DNA of 29,197 nucleotides from positions 1 to 29,197 of the forward strand of contig JBMNQN010000012.1 in the NCBI GenBank assembly GCA_050944155.1, written 5' to 3'. Below the pieces are notes generated by a model, which was given only the letters and a program-made list of their open reading frames with translations, did not search any database and was not told where the DNA came from. Both the position numbers and the translations under genes were made by a program. Origin of the DNA: Candidatus Methanomethylophilaceae archaeon. GTDB lineage: Archaea; Thermoplasmatota; Thermoplasmata; Methanomassiliicoccales; Methanomethylophilaceae. Below are positions 1 to 9,181 of the stretch, in pieces (positions within the stretch are counted from its first letter, which is position 1; every line of letters begins with the position of its first letter).

Positions 1-32
1 ATTGTAAATAACCCGGCGCGGATTGGCTCCTT

Positions 33-1325
33 ATGTGCGCGGTACTCCAGGTTGCCCTGGATATTATGCAGACGGGAAGAAGCGTACCTATCGCCAGGGA
101 AGCCGTGGAAGGAGGGGCCGACTGGATCGAAGTCGGTACGCCTCTGATAAAGAGCGGCGGGGCCGAAGCGATACGGACTCTCAAAAAAGAATTTCCGGGA
201 AAAACCATCGTTGCCGATACCAAGACCATGGACGTGGGCGCATTCGAAGTCGAGATTGCGGCAAAGGCGGGAGCTGACATAATCACGGTACTGGGTCTTG
301 CCGACGATTCGACGATTTCAGAGGCGGTCATGGCCGCAAGAAAGTACGGCGCCAAAATAATGGTCGATATGATCAACGTCGGAGACAAAGTCAAACGTTC
401 GAAAGAAGCCGAAGCCCTGGGTGTTTCGTACATCTGCCTGCACACCGGAATCGACGTTCAGATGAGAGGTAGAGAACCCGACACGAAAATTCTCGAAGAA
501 GTCGTGAAAACCGTTTCGGTTCCCGTTGCGGTCGCCGGAGGCATAACAGCCGAGAATGCCGGTCTTTTCGTAAAAGCAGGGGCCTCGATTGTTATCGTGG
601 GGGGAGGAATCCTCAAAGCCGCCGACATTAAGGAGGCGACCGAAGCCGTGAAGGATGCGATGGGCGGCAAAGAGGTAAAGACCAGGCTGTCCAAAAAATA
701 CGGCGAAAAGGATCTGTTCGAAGCCTTCTCCAGGGTTTCTACCTGCAACATTTCCGACGCATATCACAAAAAAGGCGTGATTTTCGGTCTTCATCCGTAC
801 ATAAAAGACGGGACGCGCATGGTGGGGAGGGCTCTGACCGTTCAGACCTCCAACGGAGACTGGGCAAAACCGGTGGAAGCCATAGACCGCGCGGAAAAAG
901 GAGACATCATCGTTATCGATGCCGGGGGTTCGCAGATGGCCGTATGGGGTGAGCTCGCTTCCACTTCTGCGATGGTTGCCGGATGCAACGGAGTGGTAAT
1001 CGACGGAAGCATACGCGACATCGACGACATACGCAGAATCGGATTCCCCGCCTTCGCCAAAGCAGCGGTCCCCTGCGCCGGAGAGCCCAAAGGATACGGC
1101 GGCATCGGCATCGAAATCACCGTGGGAGGACAGAGAATCCGTACCGGGGACTGGATCATAGGCGACGAAAGCGGCCTTATCGCGGTTCCCCAGGAAGAAG
1201 CCGTACAGATTGCCAACCGCGCCCTGGACGTCCACGAGCACGAAAACCGTACCCGCGAGGAAATAAAGAGGGGGTCCACCCTTTCGAAAGTAAACGAAAT
1301 TTCGAAATGGGAACCGGTTAAGTAA
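33..1325 (+). CDS. hxlA: 3-hexulose-6-phosphate synthase (OMPDC/HUMPS barrel) fused to a C-terminal RraA/HMG-aldolase-like domain
   Basis: N-terminal HPS motifs LQVALD, IEVGTPLIK, VADTKTMDVG, LHTGIDVQ, AVAGGI; C-terminal RraA-family motifs STCNISDA, VGRALTV, AVWGEL, VIDGSIRD, GDWIIGDESG; ends TAA. Confidence 0.88.
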   Translation: MCAVLQVALDIMQTGRSVPIAREAVEGGADWIEVGTPLIKSGGAEAIRTLKKEFPGKTIVADTKTMDVGAFEVEIAAKAGADIITVLGLADDSTISEAVMAARKYGAKIMVDMINVGDKVKRSKEAEALGVSYICLHTGIDVQMRGREPDTKILEEVVKTVSVPVAVAGGITAENAGLFVKAGASIVIVGGGILKAADIKEATEAVKDAMGGKEVKTRLSKKYGEKDLFEAFSRVSTCNISDAYHKKGVIFGLHPYIKDGTRMVGRALTVQTSNGDWAKPVEAIDRAEKGDIIVIDAGGSQMAVWGELASTSAMVAGCNGVVIDGSIRDIDDIRRIGFPAFAKAAVPCAGEPKGYGGIGIEITVGGQRIRTGDWIIGDESGLIAVPQEEAVQIANRALDVHEHENRTREEIKRGSTLSKVNEISKWEPVK

Positions 1326-2282
1326 TCATTTGTTCCAGAACGGTTCGGATGTTCCGTTGTAACCTTCGTTCGCGTACACGGGTCTTTTGGGTTCGCTGTT
1401 CCGGTTTTCCGCAGCCATCTTCATGAGCAGTTCGATTCTTTCTTCCGTGGAAGGGTGCGTGCTGAAAATATTTCTGGTCAGAGATTTACGGGTTCCGAAG
1501 GGATTGGATATCCATACGGAAGAGTAGGCAGGGTTGTTGTAGTCGTTTTTGGGACTGCTGCACCCCCTTTCTATGCTCCTGAGCGCACTGGCCAGAGCTT
1601 CGGGCTTTCCGGTTATCTCGGCTCCGGTCTGATCCGCAAGAAACTCTCTTTTCCTGGAAATGCTGAGCTGAACGAGAAGCGCCGCAAGGGGCAGCGTAAT
1701 GTAAGCGAGAATCGCAATCAGAACCATCATACCCTGGTTTTTGTCGTTCCTGTTGCCTCCGGATGCTGCGAAAAAAACTCCGTATCTTGCTACGAATGTT
1801 ATTATCGAAGCGGCCGCGGAAGCGACGGACATGACGAGAATGTCTCTGTTTTTGATGTGCGACACTTCGTGAGCGATGACGCCCTCCAGTTCTTCGTCGT
1901 TCAGTGCGTACAGAAGCCCGCGGGTGGCTACCACCGCCGAGTCCTTGGGACCGCGCCCGGTGGCGAAGGCGTTGGGCATGAAATCTTCGGTTATTCCCAC
2001 ATCTGGCATGGGTATTCCCGCTTTGTCGGCGACGGATTTCACTATACCGTAAAGCCTGGGTTCTTCGGCCTGTGTGACCAGTCTCACCCTGTTGGCTCTG
2101 AGGGCCATGCTTTTGGAAAATATCGCAGAGTACGTGAGTATTATTACGGCTACCAGCAGAAGTGCCAGCATTCCGTAGATCGGACTTCCGAAATACCATC
2201 CCACCGCCCATCCCACCGCCGCGAAGAGAAGGGATAGAAACGCAAACATGAGTGCCGTTCTGAAGTGCCAATACGCTTTCAT
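1326..2282 (-). CDS. htpX: HtpX family M48 zinc metalloprotease
   Basis: Two N-terminal TM helices, PNAFATG, HEVSH zinc motif (VIAHEVSHIKNRD), SRKREFLAD, FSTHPSTEERI. Confidence 0.93.
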   Translation of the reverse strand: MKAYWHFRTALMFAFLSLLFAAVGWAVGWYFGSPIYGMLALLLVAVIILTYSAIFSKSMALRANRVRLVTQAEEPRLYGIVKSVADKAGIPMPDVGITEDFMPNAFATGRGPKDSAVVATRGLLYALNDEELEGVIAHEVSHIKNRDILVMSVASAAASIITFVARYGVFFAASGGNRNDKNQGMMVLIAILAYITLPLAALLVQLSISRKREFLADQTGAEITGKPEALASALRSIERGCSSPKNDYNNPAYSSVWISNPFGTRKSLTRNIFSTHPSTEERIELLMKMAAENRNSEPKRPVYANEGYNGTSEPFWNK

Positions 2283-3055
2283 TACAAATCCTCCGAAAGT
2301 CCTAAATCGTATTCCAATCTGTCTCCCGCTACGAATTCCTTGACGCCTTCAAGAGAAAGTACTTCCCTCAGACGAAGCGCACCGTTTGACCCGGTACAGT
2401 GATTGAGACGCAGGTCCTGGCACTCCGTACTTTTGAAGAATTCGGCGGTATCGTATACCGATTGTTTGGGTGCTTTGTCGATATGCAGTCCGCCTATGAA
2501 TGCTTTCGGATACTGTCCGAATTTTTTCTTTACGGCTTCCAGAACCTTTTCCGCGCCGCAGTGGGAACATCCGCTTATCACGATGGGTCTCGTTCCTCCG
2601 GAGAGAACCAGAAACGATTCGCTGGCGTGCGGGGAATCCATGGGCGGAGAGACCGAAAGATGTCTGCTGAGTTCGGTCCACCCGTTCAGTTCGTTTTTCT
2701 CGGCTTTACGGAAAGATTCTTCCGAAAGTTTTATTCCGTTTTTGGACAGAAACCCTCCGGATTTCCAGGCGGAAGCGGGTGCGTAAACGGGCAGAGGAGA
2801 CGTCCTCATACCAAGAAACACCGACAGGCCCCCCGTATGATCTGCGTGGCCGTGGGATATCACGACCCTGTCGATCGATTCCGGATCGATTTCGAGATGC
2901 TCCATGTTGTGTCTCAGATACCTTCCGCGCATACCGGTACCGAAAAGCGTGCGCTCTCCGTCCGTCTCCACCAAAAGGGAAAATCCCTTCGCCCCTATCA
3001 GCGACGTATACGGCTGAGACCCTTCGTTATAGACGCAGAGCACGCTTGCCTTCAT
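2282..3055 (-). CDS. MBL-fold metallo-hydrolase (COG1237-like)
   Basis: VISHGHADHTGG (HxHxDH), SGCSHCG, IGGLH and NHCTG motifs; its TAA overlaps the htpX ATG, implying co-translation. Confidence 0.85.
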   Translation of the reverse strand: MKASVLCVYNEGSQPYTSLIGAKGFSLLVETDGERTLFGTGMRGRYLRHNMEHLEIDPESIDRVVISHGHADHTGGLSVFLGMRTSPLPVYAPASAWKSGGFLSKNGIKLSEESFRKAEKNELNGWTELSRHLSVSPPMDSPHASESFLVLSGGTRPIVISGCSHCGAEKVLEAVKKKFGQYPKAFIGGLHIDKAPKQSVYDTAEFFKSTECQDLRLNHCTGSNGALRLREVLSLEGVKEFVAGDRLEYDLGLSEDL

Positions 3056-3090
3056 AAAGGACGGTTAACGGCAAGAGATTAAAAAACGTT

Positions 3091-3927
3091 TCAGCGGGAG
3101 AACAACGATTCGGGAATTTCCCCGCATATCACATGCACGTCTTCTTCGGTCATGCCGCCGTTGGCAAGCATGGCTTTTACTCTTTTGGGAACAGTGTTAA
3201 CCGACATACGGGCACCGGGTTTCGACGGGTCGTCGTAATAATCCGTTTCCAGCATGAAACGGTTGGATTTTTTGGACATCGCTTCCTTGATGTAATCCCT
3301 GGACGCGGGGATGGACGGCATGACCCCGAAATTTTCTTCTTCGGTTACGAACGGAGGGGAGGAATGTTTGATTACCATTCCGGGATCCAATCCGGCTTTT
3401 CCGGCTATTTCGGCCAGAGACCTGTTGGTCTCGACGGTTCCGGCTTCGCTGTGGATAATGACCGGACATCCGTTGGATTTCGCTATTTTCATGCCCTCCA
3501 GAAGAACCTCGTTGGATGCTTCCCATATTTCCGCGTTCACGGGAAAATGCGGTCTTCCGATTTCCCCTATGGCAACTGCTTTTCCTTCCTCCACGGCTTT
3601 TCCGGCGGCTTCCATGCCCTCGATCATTATCTCCTTTGATTTCTGCAGACCGTATTTTTCCGAAAGACCCAGCAGTATAATCGGATAGGGCCCGACCGCC
3701 ACGTTGACGAGAAGATCCGTTTCGGCCCTCGCCCTTTCCGCCAGGCCGAAAGTTATTTCGTAAGATCTGCGGAAATCGATGCCTTTCTCGATCGGAACTT
3801 CTCTGTAGGGAAGAGTTACCAGCGTCAGACCCGTGCCTCCCGCGGACTCGAATTCCTTCAGGGCATCCACGTTCCTTCCCGAAGGACTCATGTGGATGTG
3901 GTTGTCGTAAACGGGCACTTCCGCCAT
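3091..3927 (-). CDS. TatD-related / amidohydrolase-superfamily metal-dependent hydrolase (archaeal type)
   Basis: DNHIH, AIGEIGRPHF, VIIHSE, FMLETDY motifs. Start placed at ATG 3927 (MAEVPVYDNH) because the 4014 start overlaps priS. Confidence 0.85.
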   Translation of the reverse strand: MAEVPVYDNHIHMSPSGRNVDALKEFESAGGTGLTLVTLPYREVPIEKGIDFRRSYEITFGLAERARAETDLLVNVAVGPYPIILLGLSEKYGLQKSKEIMIEGMEAAGKAVEEGKAVAIGEIGRPHFPVNAEIWEASNEVLLEGMKIAKSNGCPVIIHSEAGTVETNRSLAEIAGKAGLDPGMVIKHSSPPFVTEEENFGVMPSIPASRDYIKEAMSKKSNRFMLETDYYDDPSKPGARMSVNTVPKRVKAMLANGGMTEEDVHVICGEIPESLFSR

Positions 3928-3979
3928 GCCGGATAAGACGCAGATAAGATAATTATACGTTCCCCGCGGTAACAAAACC

Positions 3980-5203
3980 ATGGACAGGAACTCCAGGTTC
4001 CTCCTGAAATGCATCAGGAAATACTACAGGGCGAACGCCCCGGAACTGCCGGACCGTTTTACGCGGAGAGAATTCGGTTTCATGTTTTTCGACAGACCGA
4101 TGATGCAGAGGCACCTGGGATTCCAGTCGGCGGGGGATTTAAGAAAATTCGTGGTTTCCAACGTTCCCGCCCACAGCTACTATTCCACTGCATATTACAG
4201 AAAACCGTCGGCGCCCACCATGGAAGAAAAAGAATGGATGGGCGCGGAACTGATATTCGATCTCGACGCCGACCACCTGGAAGGCGCCGAAAATATGTCC
4301 TATCCCGTAATGATGCGTCAGATACGGGGGGAGATGATGAAACTGTGCGATTCCTTCATCTACGGAGATCTGGGATTCGGCGAAAAGGACGTGCACCTTA
4401 CGTTTTCCGGAGGAAGAGGATACCACGCCCATGTCACCATGCCCGACATTCTTTCCCTGGAGTCCCACGAAAGAAGAGAGATCGTGGATTACGTAACGGG
4501 GGCCGGACTCAAGATAGACTGGGTCTTTCCCTATAACCTGGTTCCGACTTCGCAGACCGTGGTGCGTGGCGCCGTAAGAACAAACGTTGCCAAAGACCGC
4601 ACGATTCCTCCGGAAGACTCCGGCGGGTGGAGGAAGAAGATGAGGGACGGACTCATGTACGTGGTCAACGACTTCTGCGACTCCGACCCCAAAACCCTGA
4701 GACTGGAGTATCCGTCGATAAAAAGGAGCCAGTACAGCACGATTGAAAAAGTTCAGAACGATGTCAGACAGTCCAGAAAATTCCTTTTCGAAAAGAATAC
4801 CATGGCAACCCTGAACAGAAACAGCCAGGAGATGCTCGTAAAAATTATGGACGAGGACATGAGGCCCCGCATCGCCGGAGAGGTCGACGCTCCGGTCACG
4901 GCCGACATAAAACGTCTGATAAGGCTCCCCGGCTCCGTCCACGGAAAAGGAGGGCTCAGGGTCACTCCGCTTACCAGGGACGAACTCACGGATTTCGAAC
5001 CTTTGGAATCTGCCATGCCGAAGGAGTATTCGGACGACCCCGTAAAAATAACCGTGAAAAAGCCCGTGGACATGAGAATCAAAGAGGAGCGTTTCGTTCT
5101 CGAGGGCGAAACCGAAGTTCCGGAGTACGCCGCGGTGTTCCTGATAGGCAGAAAATTCGCGGATCTGGGTTATGCTTCGGAAGCACCCGAAATTTCGTTA
5201 TGA
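3980..5203 (+). CDS. priS: DNA primase catalytic (small) subunit
   Basis: REFGF, HSYYSTAYY, ELIFDLDAD (DxD), FSGGRGYH, VDAPVTADIKRLIRLPGSVHGK motifs of archaeo-eukaryotic primase. Confidence 0.96.
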   Translation: MDRNSRFLLKCIRKYYRANAPELPDRFTRREFGFMFFDRPMMQRHLGFQSAGDLRKFVVSNVPAHSYYSTAYYRKPSAPTMEEKEWMGAELIFDLDADHLEGAENMSYPVMMRQIRGEMMKLCDSFIYGDLGFGEKDVHLTFSGGRGYHAHVTMPDILSLESHERREIVDYVTGAGLKIDWVFPYNLVPTSQTVVRGAVRTNVAKDRTIPPEDSGGWRKKMRDGLMYVVNDFCDSDPKTLRLEYPSIKRSQYSTIEKVQNDVRQSRKFLFEKNTMATLNRNSQEMLVKIMDEDMRPRIAGEVDAPVTADIKRLIRLPGSVHGKGGLRVTPLTRDELTDFEPLESAMPKEYSDDPVKITVKKPVDMRIKEERFVLEGETEVPEYAAVFLIGRKFADLGYASEAPEISL

Positions 5204-6025
5204 ACGGGTACAGCAGCAGGACTGTTCGGTTTTTGTTTCGAATCCTTCAGATTCCGCCCACGTCAGAGTTTCCGGCGAAAGATTCGCCGCTCTGCGGACC
5301 CCCGCCGCAATCGCTTCCCTTTCTATGTACCTGAGTCTGCGGTCCCGCATGCATCCCAGAATAGTTTCGATACCGTATTCTTTCAGAGTTTTCACGGCCT
5401 CCGAAGTGCATCCCTCGGGGAGAACGAAACCTTCGAAATACGTACCTTCGGAAGGAACCGCGGAAAGCAGAACCGCACGTTTCAGTCCTTTGGACGAAAT
5501 CAGTTCGGAGCTTTCTTCGAAATCCTTTCTGCCGAATCCCATGGTAAGATGCGGCGTCGGAATCCCTCCCGCATCGAGAATCGAATCGATTGTGTTTTCG
5601 TAAGATTCCGGTTCCAGACCGAATACGTTTTTCACGGTTTCGCGGTCGCAGTGTACGTCGACGGAAAAATCCGAAACGCCTGCGTTCACGAGCTCTTCGG
5701 CATCTTCCCTTCCTATGATTCCGGGATGGACGTTGACCGAAAGACCCAAACCGGAAATTGTTCCGATTGTTCCGTAGTATTTACGCAGGGGAACCCTGCC
5801 GGAATGATCCGAACCGCCACTTATCAGAATTCCTTTTCCGCCCGACGCGGCGACGGCTCTGCCTGTCTTTTCCAGCTCCTCCGGACTGCATGCGGGGAGC
5901 ATCCCTTTCAGATGCTTTCCCCTGCAGTGAGCGCACATAAGGTTGCATTTTCCGCCGGTGACCGAGACGGCCGGAAATCCGGTACCCGGAACGCAATTGA
6001 CGAGAGTTCCGCATCCGCGACTCAT
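5198..6025 (-). CDS. Uncharacterised radical SAM protein (biotin-synthase-like, COG1856-type)
   Basis: SVTGGKCNLMCAHC (CxxxCxxC), ILISGGSD, LGCMR, C-terminal SCCC. Start is ATG 6025 or TTG 6037. Confidence 0.85.
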   Translation of the reverse strand: MSRGCGTLVNCVPGTGFPAVSVTGGKCNLMCAHCRGKHLKGMLPACSPEELEKTGRAVAASGGKGILISGGSDHSGRVPLRKYYGTIGTISGLGLSVNVHPGIIGREDAEELVNAGVSDFSVDVHCDRETVKNVFGLEPESYENTIDSILDAGGIPTPHLTMGFGRKDFEESSELISSKGLKRAVLLSAVPSEGTYFEGFVLPEGCTSEAVKTLKEYGIETILGCMRDRRLRYIEREAIAAGVRRAANLSPETLTWAESEGFETKTEQSCCCTRS

Positions 6026-6080
6026 ACGCACGCACAAAGCTTTATTATCTAAATAAGGCTCACGAACCTAGGTAGTAATT

Positions 6081-6308
6081 ATGAAGGCATTCCTTATCAA
6101 AGGCGATTTCGCCGACAAAAGACAGGGGAGACAGCCCTACACAATCGAAATGGCTGCGGAAGACGAGGCGGCCGTCAGAGAGAAGGCGATGTCCACTCTC
6201 GGAAGCAAACACAAGCTCAAAAGATACGAAATCAACATCGCATCCGTGGAAGAGCTTTCTCCCGAGGACGTAACCGACCACGTTGTAAAACACCAGATCG
6301 GTGAGTGA
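6081..6308 (+). CDS. rpl18a: 50S ribosomal protein L18Ae (LX)
   Basis: 75 aa, MKAFLIKG...EKAMSTLGSKHKLKRYEINI signature; sits before pfdA-ftsY as in the conserved archaeal cluster. Confidence 0.92.
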   Translation: MKAFLIKGDFADKRQGRQPYTIEMAAEDEAAVREKAMSTLGSKHKLKRYEINIASVEELSPEDVTDHVVKHQIGE

Positions 6309-6729
6309 AATGGACGACGGAGAGTTGCGCCAGGCCTTGCAGGTGCTCGAATCCTACAAAGAACAGATGGATGCACTCTCGAGACGTATCAGCGTTCTTC
6401 AGATTTCCTTGGAAGAAACCTTCAGGGCGAGAGAAACCCTCAGACAGTTTTCCGAAGCCAAAGAAGGCGACGAAATACTCGTTCCCGTGGGCGCGTCGGT
6501 TTTCGTAAGAGCCAAAGTGACCGGTTCCGACAGCGCTATCGTTGGTATCGGAAACAGAGTATCCGTCGAAAAGAAACTTTCCGATGCCGAGGATTATATG
6601 AACTCCGGCTACACGGAGATCGAAGAAGCTCTCCGGACGGCGAGCAAAGCCCTCAACGACATGAGCACAATCGCAAACAACCTAGCCGAAACCATAAACG
6701 CCGAATACGAGGCCAGGCAGAACGCCTGA
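6301..6729 (+). CDS. pfdA: Prefoldin subunit alpha
   Basis: Coiled coils flanking EILVPVGASVFVRAKV...AIVGIGNRVSVEK beta-hairpins. Start is GTG 6301 or ATG 6310. Confidence 0.93.
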   Translation: MSEMDDGELRQALQVLESYKEQMDALSRRISVLQISLEETFRARETLRQFSEAKEGDEILVPVGASVFVRAKVTGSDSAIVGIGNRVSVEKKLSDAEDYMNSGYTEIEEALRTASKALNDMSTIANNLAETINAEYEARQNA

Positions 6730-6738
6730 GCGCATCAG

Positions 6739-7881
6739 ATGTTCGATTCTCTCAAAACGAAGCTGAAAGGACTTTTCAAAAAAGCTCCCGAGACCCTCGA
6801 AGAGACGGTTTACGAAACTCCGGAGCCGCCGGCGGAAAAAAAGACGCCTGTTTCCGAAATTCCCGAACCGGAAATCAAGGAAACGGAAATAAAAAAATCC
6901 GAAGCCGTCGAAACCGAAGTTACCGAACGGGAACCGGTACAGAGTGCGGAACCCGAAGAAAAGAAAATTTCCTGGCGGGAGCGCAGAAAACAGGAAAAAC
7001 TTCAGAAAAAGGCTTCAGCGGAACCTGTCGGGGATTCCGGAAAGAAAATCAAAAACAAAGATCTGGAAAAAATTCTAGACGAACTGGAACTGATTTTGCT
7101 GAGCGCGGACGTTGCGCTTCCGGTTGCGGAAGAGATTAAGAACGGAGTTCTCGACAATCTCACCGGCAAGAAATACAGTCGCAGCTACACTCTCGACGAA
7201 GTCGTGGAGATGGCCGTGCGCGACGCGGTCATGGACGTTCTCAAGGTCAACGAATTCGATTTCGACAGTTGGATTTCCGAACAGAAAAAACCCATCGTAA
7301 TAATGTTCGTGGGAATAAACGGAACCGGAAAGACGACCGCCATAGCCAAAATAGCCAACCGCCTGCAGAAACAGGATAAAACCGTAGTTATGGCGGCCTG
7401 CGATACTTTCAGGGCGGGCGCTATAGAACAGCTGAGCATCCACGCGGACAGACTGGGAGTGAAAATAGTCAAACAGGCCCAGGATGCGGATCCTGCCGCC
7501 GTCGCTTACGACGCGGTGGAACACGCCAAGTCGAAGATGAGGGACGTCGTTCTAATCGATACTGCCGGAAGAATGCAGACCAACACGAATCTCATAGAAG
7601 AGATGAAGAAAATAGCCAGAGTTGCAAAACCTTCCCTCAAAATTTTCGTTGGAGACTCTCTCGCCGGAAACGACGCGGTAGAACAGGCGAAAGTTTTCGA
7701 TGACGCCATCGGAATCGACGCGATAATTCTGACGAAAATCGATACCGATGCGAAAGGCGGTGCCGCTCTCTCGATTGCGAAGACCATCGGAAAACCCATC
7801 GCTTTCGTGTGCAACGGACAGGAATACGACGATATCCAGAAATTCAGCGCCGAATGGATGCTGAACCGTCTTTTCGAGTAA
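6739..7881 (+). CDS. ftsY: Signal recognition particle receptor FtsY
   Basis: Acidic E/P/K-rich N-terminal region, GINGTGKTT, DTFRAGAIEQL, DTAGR, TKIDTDAKGG. Confidence 0.97.
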   Translation: MFDSLKTKLKGLFKKAPETLEETVYETPEPPAEKKTPVSEIPEPEIKETEIKKSEAVETEVTEREPVQSAEPEEKKISWRERRKQEKLQKKASAEPVGDSGKKIKNKDLEKILDELELILLSADVALPVAEEIKNGVLDNLTGKKYSRSYTLDEVVEMAVRDAVMDVLKVNEFDFDSWISEQKKPIVIMFVGINGTGKTTAIAKIANRLQKQDKTVVMAACDTFRAGAIEQLSIHADRLGVKIVKQAQDADPAAVAYDAVEHAKSKMRDVVLIDTAGRMQTNTNLIEEMKKIARVAKPSLKIFVGDSLAGNDAVEQAKVFDDAIGIDAIILTKIDTDAKGGAALSIAKTIGKPIAFVCNGQEYDDIQKFSAEWMLNRLFE

Positions 7882-9102
7882 TCACTTGCACAGTCTGTAA
7901 AACAGAGCCGCGAAAACTTTCGCGTCCGTAATTATGTTATCGATTTCGACGAACTCGTTGGGTCCGTGGAGAGACCCGCCTCCGGTTTCCCAGACGTATG
8001 CATCGTAACCCCTGATACGGAAGAAATTGGCGCAGGTCGCCCCTCCCACTCCCACCGGAGACGGTTCTTTTCCCGTTACCTGTTTTACGGATTCTTTAAG
8101 TGCCAGATACTCGGAGGATTCCGTAGAGGAGGGGGTTCCGGCCTGATGGCGCTGTATCTCCGAAACAGTTATCGACGCTTTGGTTTTTTCCGAGACCCTG
8201 CGTGAGGTTTCTTCGGCAGCTTTTAACACATCGTCCAAATCGTATTCCGGTAAAAGACGCACGTCCATGCAGAATTCGTGGTATCCCGGAACCGTATTCA
8301 CGTTTTCCACGGTAGCGGGACTTTTGGTCGGTTCGAAGGTGGATGCGGGGGGCATAAAACCGGAATTTCTGCGGGGAAATTTTTCCGCCATGGTTTTATC
8401 CAGTTCGATTATGAGTTCGGATGCGACTCTGAGAGCGTTGATTCCTTTTTCGGGAGTGGAACCGTGTGTCGATTTTCCGGTGATTCCGAATCTGAGCCAG
8501 ATAAGACTCTTTTCGGCAACCTCGATTAACGATCCTTCGGGACTTCCCCAGTCCGGAACTATAAAAACATCGTCTTCGGAAAAATATCCGTTATTCAGAA
8601 GATACGTTATACCCATGTCGCTGGTCGTCTCCTCGTCCGCCACGTAGGCTATTCCTAGAGACTTGCCGTTAAGGGTTCCCTTTTCAAAAAATTTAGAGGC
8701 GAACATGGCGGAAATGACCGCCTGACCGTTGTCTTCGGTTCCTCTGCCGTAAATCTTTCCGTCTCTCTCTTCCGGCTCGAAAGGAGGAGAGTCCCAGCTT
8801 CCCAAATCTCCCGCCGGAACCGTGTCGATGTGGGCGACGATCCATACCGTCCCCTTCTTCTTTCCGTTCTTTCTGGCGAGAATGTTCGACCTTTTAACGG
8901 AGGGGTCGAAAGTATCGGGAACGTCTATCCTGGTTACGCTGTCGAAACCTTCCAGTCTGGTTATCAGGTGGTCGGCCCTCGCGCTTTCCCCGGTTCCGCC
9001 GTTTTCGGGAGCAACCGCGGGTATCCTGATTAAATCGATCATCTCTTTTACGATGTCTCCGCGGGAGTTTTCGATTTTTCCGAAAACGGTTTCCGGTTCC
9101 AT
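7882..9102 (-). CDS. M20 family metallo-hydrolase (ArgE/DapE-like)
   Basis: AHIDTVP, YGRGTEDNG, ADEE, GKSTHGS, NTVPG, LHGPNE motifs. Confidence 0.9.
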   Translation of the reverse strand: MEPETVFGKIENSRGDIVKEMIDLIRIPAVAPENGGTGESARADHLITRLEGFDSVTRIDVPDTFDPSVKRSNILARKNGKKKGTVWIVAHIDTVPAGDLGSWDSPPFEPEERDGKIYGRGTEDNGQAVISAMFASKFFEKGTLNGKSLGIAYVADEETTSDMGITYLLNNGYFSEDDVFIVPDWGSPEGSLIEVAEKSLIWLRFGITGKSTHGSTPEKGINALRVASELIIELDKTMAEKFPRRNSGFMPPASTFEPTKSPATVENVNTVPGYHEFCMDVRLLPEYDLDDVLKAAEETSRRVSEKTKASITVSEIQRHQAGTPSSTESSEYLALKESVKQVTGKEPSPVGVGGATCANFFRIRGYDAYVWETGGGSLHGPNEFVEIDNIITDAKVFAALFYRLCK

Positions 9103-9159
9103 AATTCTCGATTGTCGGTAATGTTGATATTACTTTCTTAGACCGGAAAAATGAAAGTA

Positions 9160-9181
9160 AGAAGTTTAAGAAAAAAGGGGT
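9160..9181 (-). terminator. Putative archaeal U-rich terminator of the thiolase gene
   Basis: Minus strand reads ACCCCTTTTTTTCTTAAACTTCT directly after the TAA. Confidence 0.5.

Noticed and set aside
3928-4014. N-terminal extensions in the ORF track for the TatD-like gene (also dCMP deaminase 19195-19452, atpF 24117-24311, MTase 15538-15783)
   Set aside because: They overlap neighbouring genes, and family similarity begins only at the downstream starts.
6790-7030. E/P/K-rich low-complexity stretch as a repeat element
   Set aside because: It is the ordinary acidic N-terminal region of FtsY; no discrete repeat unit.
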